Shown here one piece after another: positions 49,546 through 58,678 of a stretch of DNA of 64,000 nucleotides. The stretch covers positions 330 through 64,329 of the forward strand of contig JADHVC010000002.1 in assembly GCA_016784175.1 (NCBI GenBank), read 5' to 3'. The DNA comes from Patescibacteria group bacterium (GTDB taxonomy: Bacteria; Patescibacteriota; Patescibacteriia; Patescibacteriales; BS150m-G62). Position numbers and translations under genes: made by a program. The notes under the pieces were generated by a model, which saw only the letters and a list, made by a program, of their open reading frames with translations, was not told the origin of the DNA and ran no database searches. Position 1 is the stretch's first letter. The number at the start of each line of letters is the position of its first letter.

Positions 49546-51588
49546 CTATTTAGTAATAATAGCCTTAAAGAGTTTATCTGCTTGTAAGTCCGTTTTCCAG
49601 TCAACTTTTGTATCACTAATATTTCTGGTATAGAATGCATCTCCTTCTGTTTTTTCTATATTGCTGGCAAGGCTTACAAAAACTTCAAGATTATCAATGT
49701 CATTACCCGGTTGCTTTTGAACATAAAGCGAATAAGCATCCTTGTTATCTACGTCAATAATGTAACCTGGAAGTTCATAGGAAATTTGAAATTCATACGA
49801 TGTTCCGGGTTTAATTTCTAAGGTTGCACCGAACGAAGTTTTACCAAGCTCGTTTTCTATATCAATATTATTTAAGTTGGTTGAAGAGCTAATAATTCTT
49901 GATCCAAGTGGTGTAAATACTCTGATGTAATTTTTGTAGTTTCGACTATCGTTATTCTTTACATAAACATATTTAACTCTTAGTTTAGCAATTAATTTAT
50001 CGCCTTTTTGCTCAACTTCATAATGTGCAGTTTCACTAATATTTTCATTTAATCTTTGTGCAGGAATATTCGCATCTACTATCATTAAATAATCACCATT
50101 AGTCTTTTTCAATTCTCCTGACCAATTTTGAATTGAAAGTAGATCCTGTAAGTCCGTATTTTTTGAGTATACTAAGATGTTTTTATTATCTGCATTATTA
50201 GCCAAGATCATCCCAAGTTCAGGCCAACTTGAAAATGGAAGGTCAAATAATCTAAGCTGAACTGTTTTTACGATTTCTGCAATCAGTAGCTTTTGGTTAG
50301 TATATTTTCCTGCTTGTAAATATTTCTTATCCAACTCTTCCTCATATAGTCTAACGAAGTTATCTTTTGTATAGGTAACATTATCTACCTCAACAGGTCC
50401 AGTAATTGATAGTAAGTCAAGAGTCAATTCTGGAGTTAATCCAATAACACCGTCAAAGTTCAAGCTACAATCAGAGATTGGACACTCATCTGATTTATTA
50501 TTTTTTGTTATATTTAATAATTTAGTTTTGTATAATTGTTCTGCATTCTTGGCACTAGTTGGCCAATCTGGACTCCAGTTAGCATCTCTTAATAGCCAAT
50601 TATCACTACCCGTTAATTCTTTTATTATCTTAGGGGGGTCAATTTTTTCAACTTTTTTTGACTGAATATCTAAATGGTTTGTGTCATAAAGCTCATAACT
50701 AATAATTTCTCCTCTATCAAATTCTAGAATAGCATATGTTCCAATCGTACCACCAATCGGTCTTAGTCTATCTGAATTTTGAAGTAGTACTAAATATCTA
50801 GCCTTCTGAGGGTATCCAACTAATGTCGGCATTATTTTTGTTAAAGGTACTATCTTATTTATAACATCACGACCTTGAGTAAGTTTATCCTTTAGTGCAG
50901 AGACATCATCCTTGATAAACCAAAGTAATCCATTTGTTTTAACATTGTTTAGGTTGTTGCCCGCCTCATTTATGTTTAATTCGATATCTTTTAGCTTACC
51001 ACCAGATTTTGTAATCTTTTCTAGTAAATCTGCTTTCTTATTTGGGGTTAAGTTTGTTAAGTTAGTTGCAGTTTCCGTATCCAATATTGCTTGTAAATCA
51101 AGCGAGAAAGAAGAAGAATTACTAATTGCTAAACTTACTTTTTCACCAGTCAAGAGCAAGTTTTCAATATTCTGAAGTTCTGAGTCAAGAAACGGTATGC
51201 GACTTGCTATAAGACCTTCCTGAATTTTAGTTACTTTGTTGATAGCTAGAGAAAAGTTGTGAGAGGCTAAGTCTGCCTGATGTATAGCATTGCTAAAGTC
51301 AAACTTTTTTGCGAGGCTTATTGACGTCTCTAGTCCATTTTTACCAGATATACCATACTGGTAGGATTGTTTGATATCTAGTGCGTAACTAGCAAATAAC
51401 ATAATTGCTAGAATTGGTAATGTTAAGAGAAACACACCAAAATATTTAAGAGCTAATATAAGTTTGTCTCTATCAATATTTAGTTTGAATGATTCCTTTA
51501 CCTCTTGATTGCTATTTTTAGAGCCAATAATGATGTTGTTATCTGAACCTTGTTTGCTATTTTGTTGTTCTATTTTTTGTGGTTCCAT
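49546..51588 (-). CDS. DUF4012-like membrane-anchored protein
   Basis: N-terminal TM, coiled region, YLVLLQNSDRLRPIGG, LRDANWSPDWPTSA, DGVI, YVQKQPG. Confidence 0.8.
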   Translation of the reverse strand: MEPQKIEQQNSKQGSDNNIIIGSKNSNQEVKESFKLNIDRDKLILALKYFGVFLLTLPILAIMLFASYALDIKQSYQYGISGKNGLETSISLAKKFDFSNAIHQADLASHNFSLAINKVTKIQEGLIASRIPFLDSELQNIENLLLTGEKVSLAISNSSSFSLDLQAILDTETATNLTNLTPNKKADLLEKITKSGGKLKDIELNINEAGNNLNNVKTNGLLWFIKDDVSALKDKLTQGRDVINKIVPLTKIMPTLVGYPQKARYLVLLQNSDRLRPIGGTIGTYAILEFDRGEIISYELYDTNHLDIQSKKVEKIDPPKIIKELTGSDNWLLRDANWSPDWPTSAKNAEQLYKTKLLNITKNNKSDECPISDCSLNFDGVIGLTPELTLDLLSITGPVEVDNVTYTKDNFVRLYEEELDKKYLQAGKYTNQKLLIAEIVKTVQLRLFDLPFSSWPELGMILANNADNKNILVYSKNTDLQDLLSIQNWSGELKKTNGDYLMIVDANIPAQRLNENISETAHYEVEQKGDKLIAKLRVKYVYVKNNDSRNYKNYIRVFTPLGSRIISSSTNLNNIDIENELGKTSFGATLEIKPGTSYEFQISYELPGYIIDVDNKDAYSLYVQKQPGNDIDNLEVFVSLASNIEKTEGDAFYTRNISDTKVDWKTDLQADKLFKAIITK

Positions 51589-51606
51589 AGTTATTATTTA
51601 TTTATG

Positions 51607-52773
51607 CTATAAGGCCTTTGACATCATATTCTTAGTTTTAAAATTTATGATATTATATTTTTGTTTTGTTAGGATATTTTTATATAACCTCTCTGTTTTA
51701 TCCGTAATTTTATCCCAGTCGTAATTCTCTTCCACAACTTGCTTGCCCTTTTCTTTATATTTTTTTACTAATTTTGGTTTTTTTAATAAGTAGTCTAATT
51801 GTTTTTTCATACTAGGAACATTCTTATTTTCAAAATAGAATCCATTATTCAAAACTGCTTCTCTATTTTCTGGGATATTACTCACTAGTACGGTATTCTT
51901 GCTTGCTAAGGATTCAAGTAATGCGATCGACAATCCTTCTGATGTAGAGGGTTGAACGAATAGATATGCATTAGAGAATAGCTCAACTAGGTTGCTGCCA
52001 GTTTGATTGTTGGTAAAGATAATGTTTGGATTTTTCTGCGCAATTTTTTTAAGATAAGTTACATATTCGTTTGTGTATGAGCTTGCCCCGACAATTACTA
52101 GTTTCTTGTCAGTTTTTAGAAGGTTATATGCATTAATTAAGAAGTGTATTCCTTTATGCTCAATCAATCTTGAAACGCTTAGTATGTAGCTATCTTTTGT
52201 AAGGCCCCATTTCTTCTTTATTGCATGGGCATTCTTTGATTGCATAAGCTCAACTCCATTTGGAATATAGATTGCGTCAGTATTGTATGTTTTTTTTGCG
52301 TATCTAGCTAAGCCTTTCGAAACTGTAATTGTTTTGTTTGGTAGTGTACAAGCAACAAACTCTCCAAATCGCAAGTATGTTCTAGCCAAAAATCCCCATT
52401 TTTGATGATAGTAGTCTTGACAATGAAAAGTTGCAATTATTTTAGTTCTTGGTTTCAATACTCGTGCAAGCCAAATTAGAGAAGATGGTCCAATCGAGTG
52501 AAAATGAATTATATCTGGCTTTTGGGTTATTAGATGCAGACAAGCTAAGAAAGTGTGACTAATTGCTTCTAGGTGCTTTTTCTTCATGCTCGGTAAGCTA
52601 ATTAAATTCACTCCCTTGTAGCTGGTTTTATTTTTAGCGGTATAGGTTGATCGAGTATAGATTGTTACATTGTTCCCACGTCTAACTAGACGGGTTGCAA
52701 GCATTTCAACATGCTTTTCCACCCCACCTCCAATTGACGGTATTCCTTTTTGACCAATTATGTGTATGTTCAT
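51607..52773 (-). CDS. Glycosyltransferase family 4
   Basis: IIGQKGIP..GGVE, EGLSIALLES (EX7E). Confidence 0.92.
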   Translation of the reverse strand: MNIHIIGQKGIPSIGGGVEKHVEMLATRLVRRGNNVTIYTRSTYTAKNKTSYKGVNLISLPSMKKKHLEAISHTFLACLHLITQKPDIIHFHSIGPSSLIWLARVLKPRTKIIATFHCQDYYHQKWGFLARTYLRFGEFVACTLPNKTITVSKGLARYAKKTYNTDAIYIPNGVELMQSKNAHAIKKKWGLTKDSYILSVSRLIEHKGIHFLINAYNLLKTDKKLVIVGASSYTNEYVTYLKKIAQKNPNIIFTNNQTGSNLVELFSNAYLFVQPSTSEGLSIALLESLASKNTVLVSNIPENREAVLNNGFYFENKNVPSMKKQLDYLLKKPKLVKKYKEKGKQVVEENYDWDKITDKTERLYKNILTKQKYNIINFKTKNMMSKAL

Positions 52774-52819
52774 TTTAACTGTAATCTTGATGAATATTTG
52801 CTAAAAATTAATTTGTATG

Positions 52820-52848
52820 ACCTTAGCATATAAGAAAAAAAATGTCAA
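52820..52848 (-). promoter_or_regulatory. Sigma70-type promoter
   Basis: Minus strand TTGACA-N17-TAAGGT with TG extension. Confidence 0.55.
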
Positions 52849-52859
52849 GGGTTTTTTAG

Positions 52860-53048
52860 GTAGATACTCACTATACCTCCATTATTTTTGAGCGCATATG
52901 GAATATGTAGTAATTTTTAGCACAATTTAACCTAAAAAATTTTATGTTTGAGTAAAGCGAGTTTAAAATTTTTGTTAAATTGTGCGTAAAAAATTGCCCA
53001 ATATTCCATCCTAAGCGAAAAAGTGATTCAGGCATAGTGAGTATCTAC
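52860..53048. mobile_element. Full-length MITE copy (orientation B), variant TIRs, near-perfect 8-bp TSD
   Basis: Ends gtagatactcactat / atagtgagtatctac; flanks TTTTTTAG / CTTTTTAG. Confidence 0.93.
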
Positions 53049-53052
53049 CTTT

Positions 53053-54300
53053 TTAGAAACTTGAATTTTTCTTTGCATATTCTTGCTTTTTTAATTCAAT
53101 TAACTTCGAATAAATCCCAGCAATACTGTTATAATAGTCTTGCTTATTAAAGGATTTAGCTTTTAAATAGGCATTCTCGCCAATTTCCTTTAAGTTGTAA
53201 TTACTAAGTTCCATTATCTTGAATTTTAAGTCATTTACATCTCCAAGTTTAAATAGGAAGCCGTTTACGCCATGCTCAATTATCTCTTTAATTCCGCCTA
53301 TGTTAGTAACTATTATTGGTTTTTTTAACGCCATTGCCTCCAATATTGTAAGTGGCATATTCTCTGGCCAAATAGACGGCACGATAACAGCTGTAGCATT
53401 GTTAATAATGTTTTTTAGACTATCTCCATATTTTGGGCCCACTAGTTTAATATTTGTAATATTCCTGCTTTCGATTATCTCTGAATATTTTTTATAATCC
53501 GGTCCTGTACCAACTATAATGAGACTAGACTTGTGATCGCTAAATGCATCAATGAGAACATCTATCCCTTTTTCTTCCGATATTCTTCCAAAATACAAAT
53601 AATAGCTTTTATCATGTTTATTTGAAAAATCTCGTTGATTATTGATATTACCTAAATTGGTGAAATTATTCAAGGTTTGAATTTTATTTGAGTTCACTCC
53701 AAATTTAATGCAAGTATTTCGAAGGTAATCAGATGGAGTAATAAACAGATCAACTTTTTCGTAGGTTTTTAAAAAAACATTATGCAAATAAGCCTCTAAC
53801 ATAGCCAATAAGCTTTTTTTGTAAGAGTTTTTAGCACACTTTTTTAATAAACAATTATAATATTTTTGACCAATACATGAATTACATATTTTGCCTTGGC
53901 TAAAAAGCTGATAATTCGGACAAATTATTTTGTAGTCATGAAGAGTCATAACCATTGGAATATTGTGCTTCTTGATTGTATTTATGATTGCTGGGGATAA
54001 CTGATGATAAATATTATGCATATGCACAATGTCTGGCCGTTCTGCCTCTAGTAAGCTATCTAATTTTTTTTGAGCATCAAAATTATAAAATATTTTAAAG
54101 ATATTCACTAAGCTAAATTTTTCCAGATTAACTTGTTTGGCAAAATATTTACCGTATTTGGAAAATTCATTGCGCGAATCATTCATGGAAAAATGAATTA
54201 CTTCGTGTCCATGAGATTTTAGTAATTCTGACAACTCTAAATAGTGGCGCTCAGCCCCACCTCGTAAATAATGAAATTTATTAATTTGAAGTATTTTCAT
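53053..54300 (-). CDS. Glycosyltransferase family 4
   Basis: NKFHYLRGGAE, TLHDYKIICP, GRISEEKG, ENMPLTILEA. Confidence 0.92.
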   Translation of the reverse strand: MKILQINKFHYLRGGAERHYLELSELLKSHGHEVIHFSMNDSRNEFSKYGKYFAKQVNLEKFSLVNIFKIFYNFDAQKKLDSLLEAERPDIVHMHNIYHQLSPAIINTIKKHNIPMVMTLHDYKIICPNYQLFSQGKICNSCIGQKYYNCLLKKCAKNSYKKSLLAMLEAYLHNVFLKTYEKVDLFITPSDYLRNTCIKFGVNSNKIQTLNNFTNLGNINNQRDFSNKHDKSYYLYFGRISEEKGIDVLIDAFSDHKSSLIIVGTGPDYKKYSEIIESRNITNIKLVGPKYGDSLKNIINNATAVIVPSIWPENMPLTILEAMALKKPIIVTNIGGIKEIIEHGVNGFLFKLGDVNDLKFKIMELSNYNLKEIGENAYLKAKSFNKQDYYNSIAGIYSKLIELKKQEYAKKNSSF

Positions 54301-54326
54301 ATAAGATACTGATTAGTGCAAATTAA

Positions 54327-55322
54327 TTAACTCTTAAAAAAGACACAAGAATGACATTTGGTTTTTTTTTCAGGTTTAACTCCAGTGTTATTAAAATAAT
54401 CTCGTGCGTTTCTATAATCCTCATTGTTGTAGATATCGGATACAGGGCTGGTGGCTACATTCCCAAAGTTATTTTCAGTGTGTTCATAGAAATTGCAACA
54501 TGGTTGTAATGTACCGTCCCATTTAAATGATGGATTACCGTACAACCAAAAACAATTCTTTTTTATTGGTGTTGGAACTTTATATTTTGGTGTTACATCG
54601 TCTTTCAGTGTAAATAAATCAACCTTCAAACTTTCTACAAATTTTTTCATTTCAATGATTTCATTCTCGGTTGTATGTTTAAATCTAATCATTTGTATTT
54701 CTAGTTTAGGGTACTTCGAATTTTGTATCTTTTTTTCGCTATTTATTAATCTAATGTTTTTTATTACGGTTTCAAAGTTTCCGCCTACCCTATAGTCATT
54801 GTATATTTTGCTATTTGGACCATCTAAGCTAACAATTAAGTGAGTTAATTTATTTTTTACAAGGTTGGCAGCTAGTGGTTCTGGCAAGTAGTTTAAATTC
54901 GAACTAATTACAGACCCGATTTTTCTTTTTGTTAGATATTCTATCATTTCGGCAATTTGTGGATATATTAAAGGTTCACCAAGGGAGTATAGTGATACTT
55001 TTACTAAATATTTTTCTAGCTCATTAATAATTTTTTCAAATAAGCTAAAATCCATTTGCCCAAGTTCTTTATTATCATTTAGCTCTGCTCTATCGGCAGC
55101 ATGCAAACAGCCCTTGCAACGAAGGTTACACTTATTTGTTGGCTCTATTTTTACGAAATACGGTTTAGATCTGACTGTGACCTTACCAAGTCTTCGTTCT
55201 AAAAGTGCTAGTACAATATTAAACATCTTAGTGATATTTAGGTATGGCATGGTACTACTCCAGTGCCTTTTAACAACGCTTAAAAGCAATGTATTATAGT
55301 TTTTGTATTGCAGGTTGATCAT
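54327..55322 (-). CDS. Radical SAM protein with SPASM/Twitch-like C-terminal domain
   Basis: IEPTNKCNLRCKGC (CX3CX2C), GEPL, VSLDG, C..L...G...PCC...GN...CHSC. Confidence 0.9.
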   Translation of the reverse strand: MINLQYKNYNTLLLSVVKRHWSSTMPYLNITKMFNIVLALLERRLGKVTVRSKPYFVKIEPTNKCNLRCKGCLHAADRAELNDNKELGQMDFSLFEKIINELEKYLVKVSLYSLGEPLIYPQIAEMIEYLTKRKIGSVISSNLNYLPEPLAANLVKNKLTHLIVSLDGPNSKIYNDYRVGGNFETVIKNIRLINSEKKIQNSKYPKLEIQMIRFKHTTENEIIEMKKFVESLKVDLFTLKDDVTPKYKVPTPIKKNCFWLYGNPSFKWDGTLQPCCNFYEHTENNFGNVATSPVSDIYNNEDYRNARDYFNNTGVKPEKKTKCHSCVFFKS

Positions 55323-55354
55323 TTGTTAATTTAAAAGTAATATTAATATATACT

Positions 55355-56743
55355 ATGATAAATTATTTAATCATAAAAATTAAAAATAGTCAAGAGCTAG
55401 CCTTGTTTTCTGTTACTGCTTTGTTGCTCTTCTTGCTCATGTTCTTTTTGGGTACTACAACGCTCGCAATTAAATTCATCCTAATTATTATTATTGGCTT
55501 GATTCCAGTGTTCTTTAAGAAGCCAATTATTTTTTTATATTTTTTGTTTCTTGTTACGCCAAGTTTACGCGTTCTTACTCGAGATGAACTAATATTCCAA
55601 AATTATGGAATCAATTTTAACGTATTAATTCACTTGTCTCTGCTATTTTACGGATCTTTGATGGCTTGGCGGTCAAGAAGTCAGTTACTAGTTTATGTTA
55701 AAAAGTATCAATTTATTAGTTATTTTGCTGTTTTTTTATTTTTATCTGGTGCAAGTATTTTTTATTCGCTAGATAGGCCAAGTACATTAGATCAGTTTGT
55801 TAGGTTATGTAGTTCGTCTTTTGGAATCTTTTTCTTTGCCTTACTCGCAATAAACACAAGAAAAGATTTTTATAATCTTATTTATTGCATAGTGCTAGGT
55901 TTAATTGTTCCTAGTATAGTTGGGTACTACGAATTTTTTGCGGGTACGGGTTGGTATGACCCGTCGATGAGAACTTATAGGATCGACAGTACTTTTACAC
56001 ACCCAGTTATTTTTTCTGGATATCTATTGTTGGCTATGCCAATTTTATATGCTTTAGTGGAGGACAAGATTAAAAATAGAGTAAAAGTTGGTTTGTTCGC
56101 GTTCTTAGGTAATAACCTATTCTTTGTGATTGCAAGCTTGACACGTGGTATTTGGAATGCAGGGGCTGCAATGTTACTTGTTTTTGGTGGCATAAAGAGC
56201 AGGAAGACACTTGTGGCTGGAATTTTAATCTTTGTTCTGACTTTTATGTTTATCGAACCTCTCAAGCAAAGAGTTTATGATACATTTAGACCTAGTCCAG
56301 ATAGTTCTTTTCAAACAAGACTAGATATTATAAAGACAACCTTTCCTGCTTTTTGGAGTGCACCATTTTTGGGTTATGGTTTTGGTGCATTTGAAGTTAT
56401 CCACTTGCGTTACAATGAAGATGCACGTTTTTGGCCGTCGCTACAAGCACATAACGATTACCTAAGAATTTTAATTGAGCTTGGTGTAATAGGTGCAATT
56501 CTATATCTATCTATTTTTATTTCTTTGTTATTGCTTATTAGAAGGTTATATTTAGGTGCTGATAGTAAAGAACTTCAAAATTATTATTTCAGTCTAGTTT
56601 TAATTTGGATAGCGGCTGGTACAATTTCCTTAAGTGATAATTTTTTAAGAATAGTAGAGTTCCAACAGATCGCCTGGGCTTACACTGGAGCGGTCTTAGC
56701 CTTTGGGTTAGTAAAGAAAGAAAGTACGCACAAAAAAAGATAG
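55355..56743 (+). CDS. O-antigen ligase/polymerase (Wzy_C) family membrane protein
   Basis: Polytopic; RIDSTFTHP, SLTRG, PFLGYGFG, AHNDYLRILIELG. Confidence 0.9.
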   Translation: MINYLIIKIKNSQELALFSVTALLLFLLMFFLGTTTLAIKFILIIIIGLIPVFFKKPIIFLYFLFLVTPSLRVLTRDELIFQNYGINFNVLIHLSLLFYGSLMAWRSRSQLLVYVKKYQFISYFAVFLFLSGASIFYSLDRPSTLDQFVRLCSSSFGIFFFALLAINTRKDFYNLIYCIVLGLIVPSIVGYYEFFAGTGWYDPSMRTYRIDSTFTHPVIFSGYLLLAMPILYALVEDKIKNRVKVGLFAFLGNNLFFVIASLTRGIWNAGAAMLLVFGGIKSRKTLVAGILIFVLTFMFIEPLKQRVYDTFRPSPDSSFQTRLDIIKTTFPAFWSAPFLGYGFGAFEVIHLRYNEDARFWPSLQAHNDYLRILIELGVIGAILYLSIFISLLLLIRRLYLGADSKELQNYYFSLVLIWIAAGTISLSDNFLRIVEFQQIAWAYTGAVLAFGLVKKESTHKKR

Positions 56744-56932
56744 GTAACTACTCACTATACCTGCATCACCTTTTCGCTTAGGATGTAATATTGGGCAATT
56801 TTTTACGCACAAGTTAACAAAAATTTTAAATTCGCTTCACTCAAACATAAAATTTTTTAAGTTATATTCTGCTAAAAATTACTACATATTCCATATGCGC
56901 TCAAAAATAATGCAGGTATAGTGAGTAGTTAC
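56744..56932. mobile_element. Full-length MITE copy (orientation A) with a perfect 8-bp TSD
   Basis: Perfect TIRs gtaactactcactatacctgcat / atgcaggtatagtgagtagttac; AAAGATAG on both sides (56736-56743, 56933-56940). Confidence 0.97.
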
Positions 56933-56976
56933 AAAGATAGTGTAGTTAGTCTTAGTAAGAATAAAAATAGCGAATA

Positions 56977-57015
56977 TAAAAAAAAGAGGCGATCAGTCTA
57001 AGACTGATCGCCTTT
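56977..57015. terminator. Intrinsic terminator
   Basis: aggcgatcagtct-a-agactgatcgcct near-perfect palindrome with an upstream A-tract. Confidence 0.8.
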
Positions 57016-57080
57016 GTTGTTGGTGGCTTACGCCGCCTTTTGTTTGAGGTTGTGTTTATTTATTTGCAACCACCATTGCT

Positions 57081-57689
57081 CTAGATCTGGTCGGGAAATA
57101 CCCAACCATCGGCCAACGATTCTGCGATGGCCGTGCTGACTTTGTTTTCGACCACTTTGAACCGAATTTCAAACTTGTCTCCTTTTTGGAAGAGCATCGT
57201 GTTTTTTTCACCGCGTCCACCACAAGCCCACTCCATTATTCCCCAATAAGCATTGGGGTCCAGTTTTCCAACTGGAAGGGTAGAGAAATTTACCCCCATA
57301 ATGAAAGATGACGACTTGTCGCGGCTGTTCTTAAATGTGAATGTTGCTGGGAGTCGATCCTGAAAGTCCCCATTTGCAACACTCCGTGGTGCTCGCCAGC
57401 CATTCATGGCTGTCCCTAAGGTCGGGTAACTATGTGCATACATTTCCAACCCTTTCCACATAAACTGGCCGGGTGGATGTATGCCCTGTTTCGTCACGCG
57501 GTTCCAGAGCACTTTCAGCTGGACATCCCCGTTTTCCAACATTGTTATTTTTCGGAACGAATCGTTAATCATCGTTCCGCTTTGCTCCGAAAAGCTTGAA
57601 CTTTCATTCCAGTTCTCAGCATGTGCTGAGCCGGTGAAAACCAGTAGCACGAATGCCATTACAGCCAACACTTTTCTCAACGCTTTCAT
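57081..57689 (-). CDS. Secreted hypothetical protein (202 aa), visibly higher GC than its neighbours
   Basis: Signal peptide ending AHA-E; GGGAG SD; own promoter (TTGACT-N17-TAAGTT) and terminator. Confidence 0.75.
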   Translation of the reverse strand: MKALRKVLAVMAFVLLVFTGSAHAENWNESSSFSEQSGTMINDSFRKITMLENGDVQLKVLWNRVTKQGIHPPGQFMWKGLEMYAHSYPTLGTAMNGWRAPRSVANGDFQDRLPATFTFKNSRDKSSSFIMGVNFSTLPVGKLDPNAYWGIMEWACGGRGEKNTMLFQKGDKFEIRFKVVENKVSTAIAESLADGWVFPDQI

Positions 57690-57862
57690 CTTGGTTCTCC
57701 CTTCAGTTCGTTGGATTGAATTGCAATTTTTTTAAGATACAGTAAAAATTTTAATGATATCCTCCTTTAATTTGATTGTGATTGTAAAGATCGTATTCAG
57801 CCCTCAATTCATAGAACTTAGCCTTTGTTTTAGTATAAGTCAATAAATAGAGGGTTGAATGT

Positions 57863-58585
57863 TTATAATTCAACTACCTCTTTTCCATCTTCAGTAAAAT
57901 AAGCATCAGGCTCACCATTTTCTTCTTTCTTTTTTTTCTTGTTTTTACCTAATGAAAAGTTGATATGAATTTTAGCTTCAGGGAATAAGTAACAAAACCA
58001 AGTGCCAATAATAAGCCCAGATACAAAGGCTAACGCAAGGTTAGCAAATATATTCGGTTTAACTGGCCAATTACTAGTTATTGGTTGATCGATGATTGTA
58101 ACTTTTACTTTGTTACCGCTACCATGATAAATGGTGTGTTTTGTTTTGAGAATATAACTTACCGCTTGCACGATCTGTTCCGCTTGGTCTCTTTTCACAC
58201 TATAAGCATCGATGGTTATAATCCCGGTATCTCGCAATACTTTAGTTTCAACAGTCTTTTGCCATTGTTTCTTTCGTTTTTGCTCATCTTGACTAAAATT
58301 ATCGTCAATTCTAAAACCAGAGTTCATTACATTGTCTAAAAACGAAGATGAATATATAACCTGAGTTAAAATGTCACTTAAATATTGCGCCGATTTAGAC
58401 GAAGTATAGTAATCTAAACTTTCCTTACCTTCTTGAATAACAAGTAGGTTCATTGTTGACCTATATTTTAATGGTTGAACGATAGTTATGATAGATGCAA
58501 AAAAACACATAATTAAAGTAATAGAGATTATATTACGCCAATTTTTAGTGATTATTTGCCAAATATTTAAATTATTTTGTTCCAT
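57863..58585 (-). CDS. Wzz/CpsC-like polysaccharide chain-length determinant
   Basis: N- and C-terminal TM helices, P.KY.S...LLV, PV.PN...N...A...GL..G motif; promoter TTGACA-N17-TAGGAT upstream. Confidence 0.85.
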   Translation of the reverse strand: MEQNNLNIWQIITKNWRNIISITLIMCFFASIITIVQPLKYRSTMNLLVIQEGKESLDYYTSSKSAQYLSDILTQVIYSSSFLDNVMNSGFRIDDNFSQDEQKRKKQWQKTVETKVLRDTGIITIDAYSVKRDQAEQIVQAVSYILKTKHTIYHGSGNKVKVTIIDQPITSNWPVKPNIFANLALAFVSGLIIGTWFCYLFPEAKIHINFSLGKNKKKKKEENGEPDAYFTEDGKEVVEL

Positions 58586-58678
58586 TTTTTTGTTAGTATT
58601 TTATAATAAAGGATCCTAGCATATATTTTTATTTATGTCAAGCTTTTGTAGCTATTCTGTATATGCTATGATAAATGT

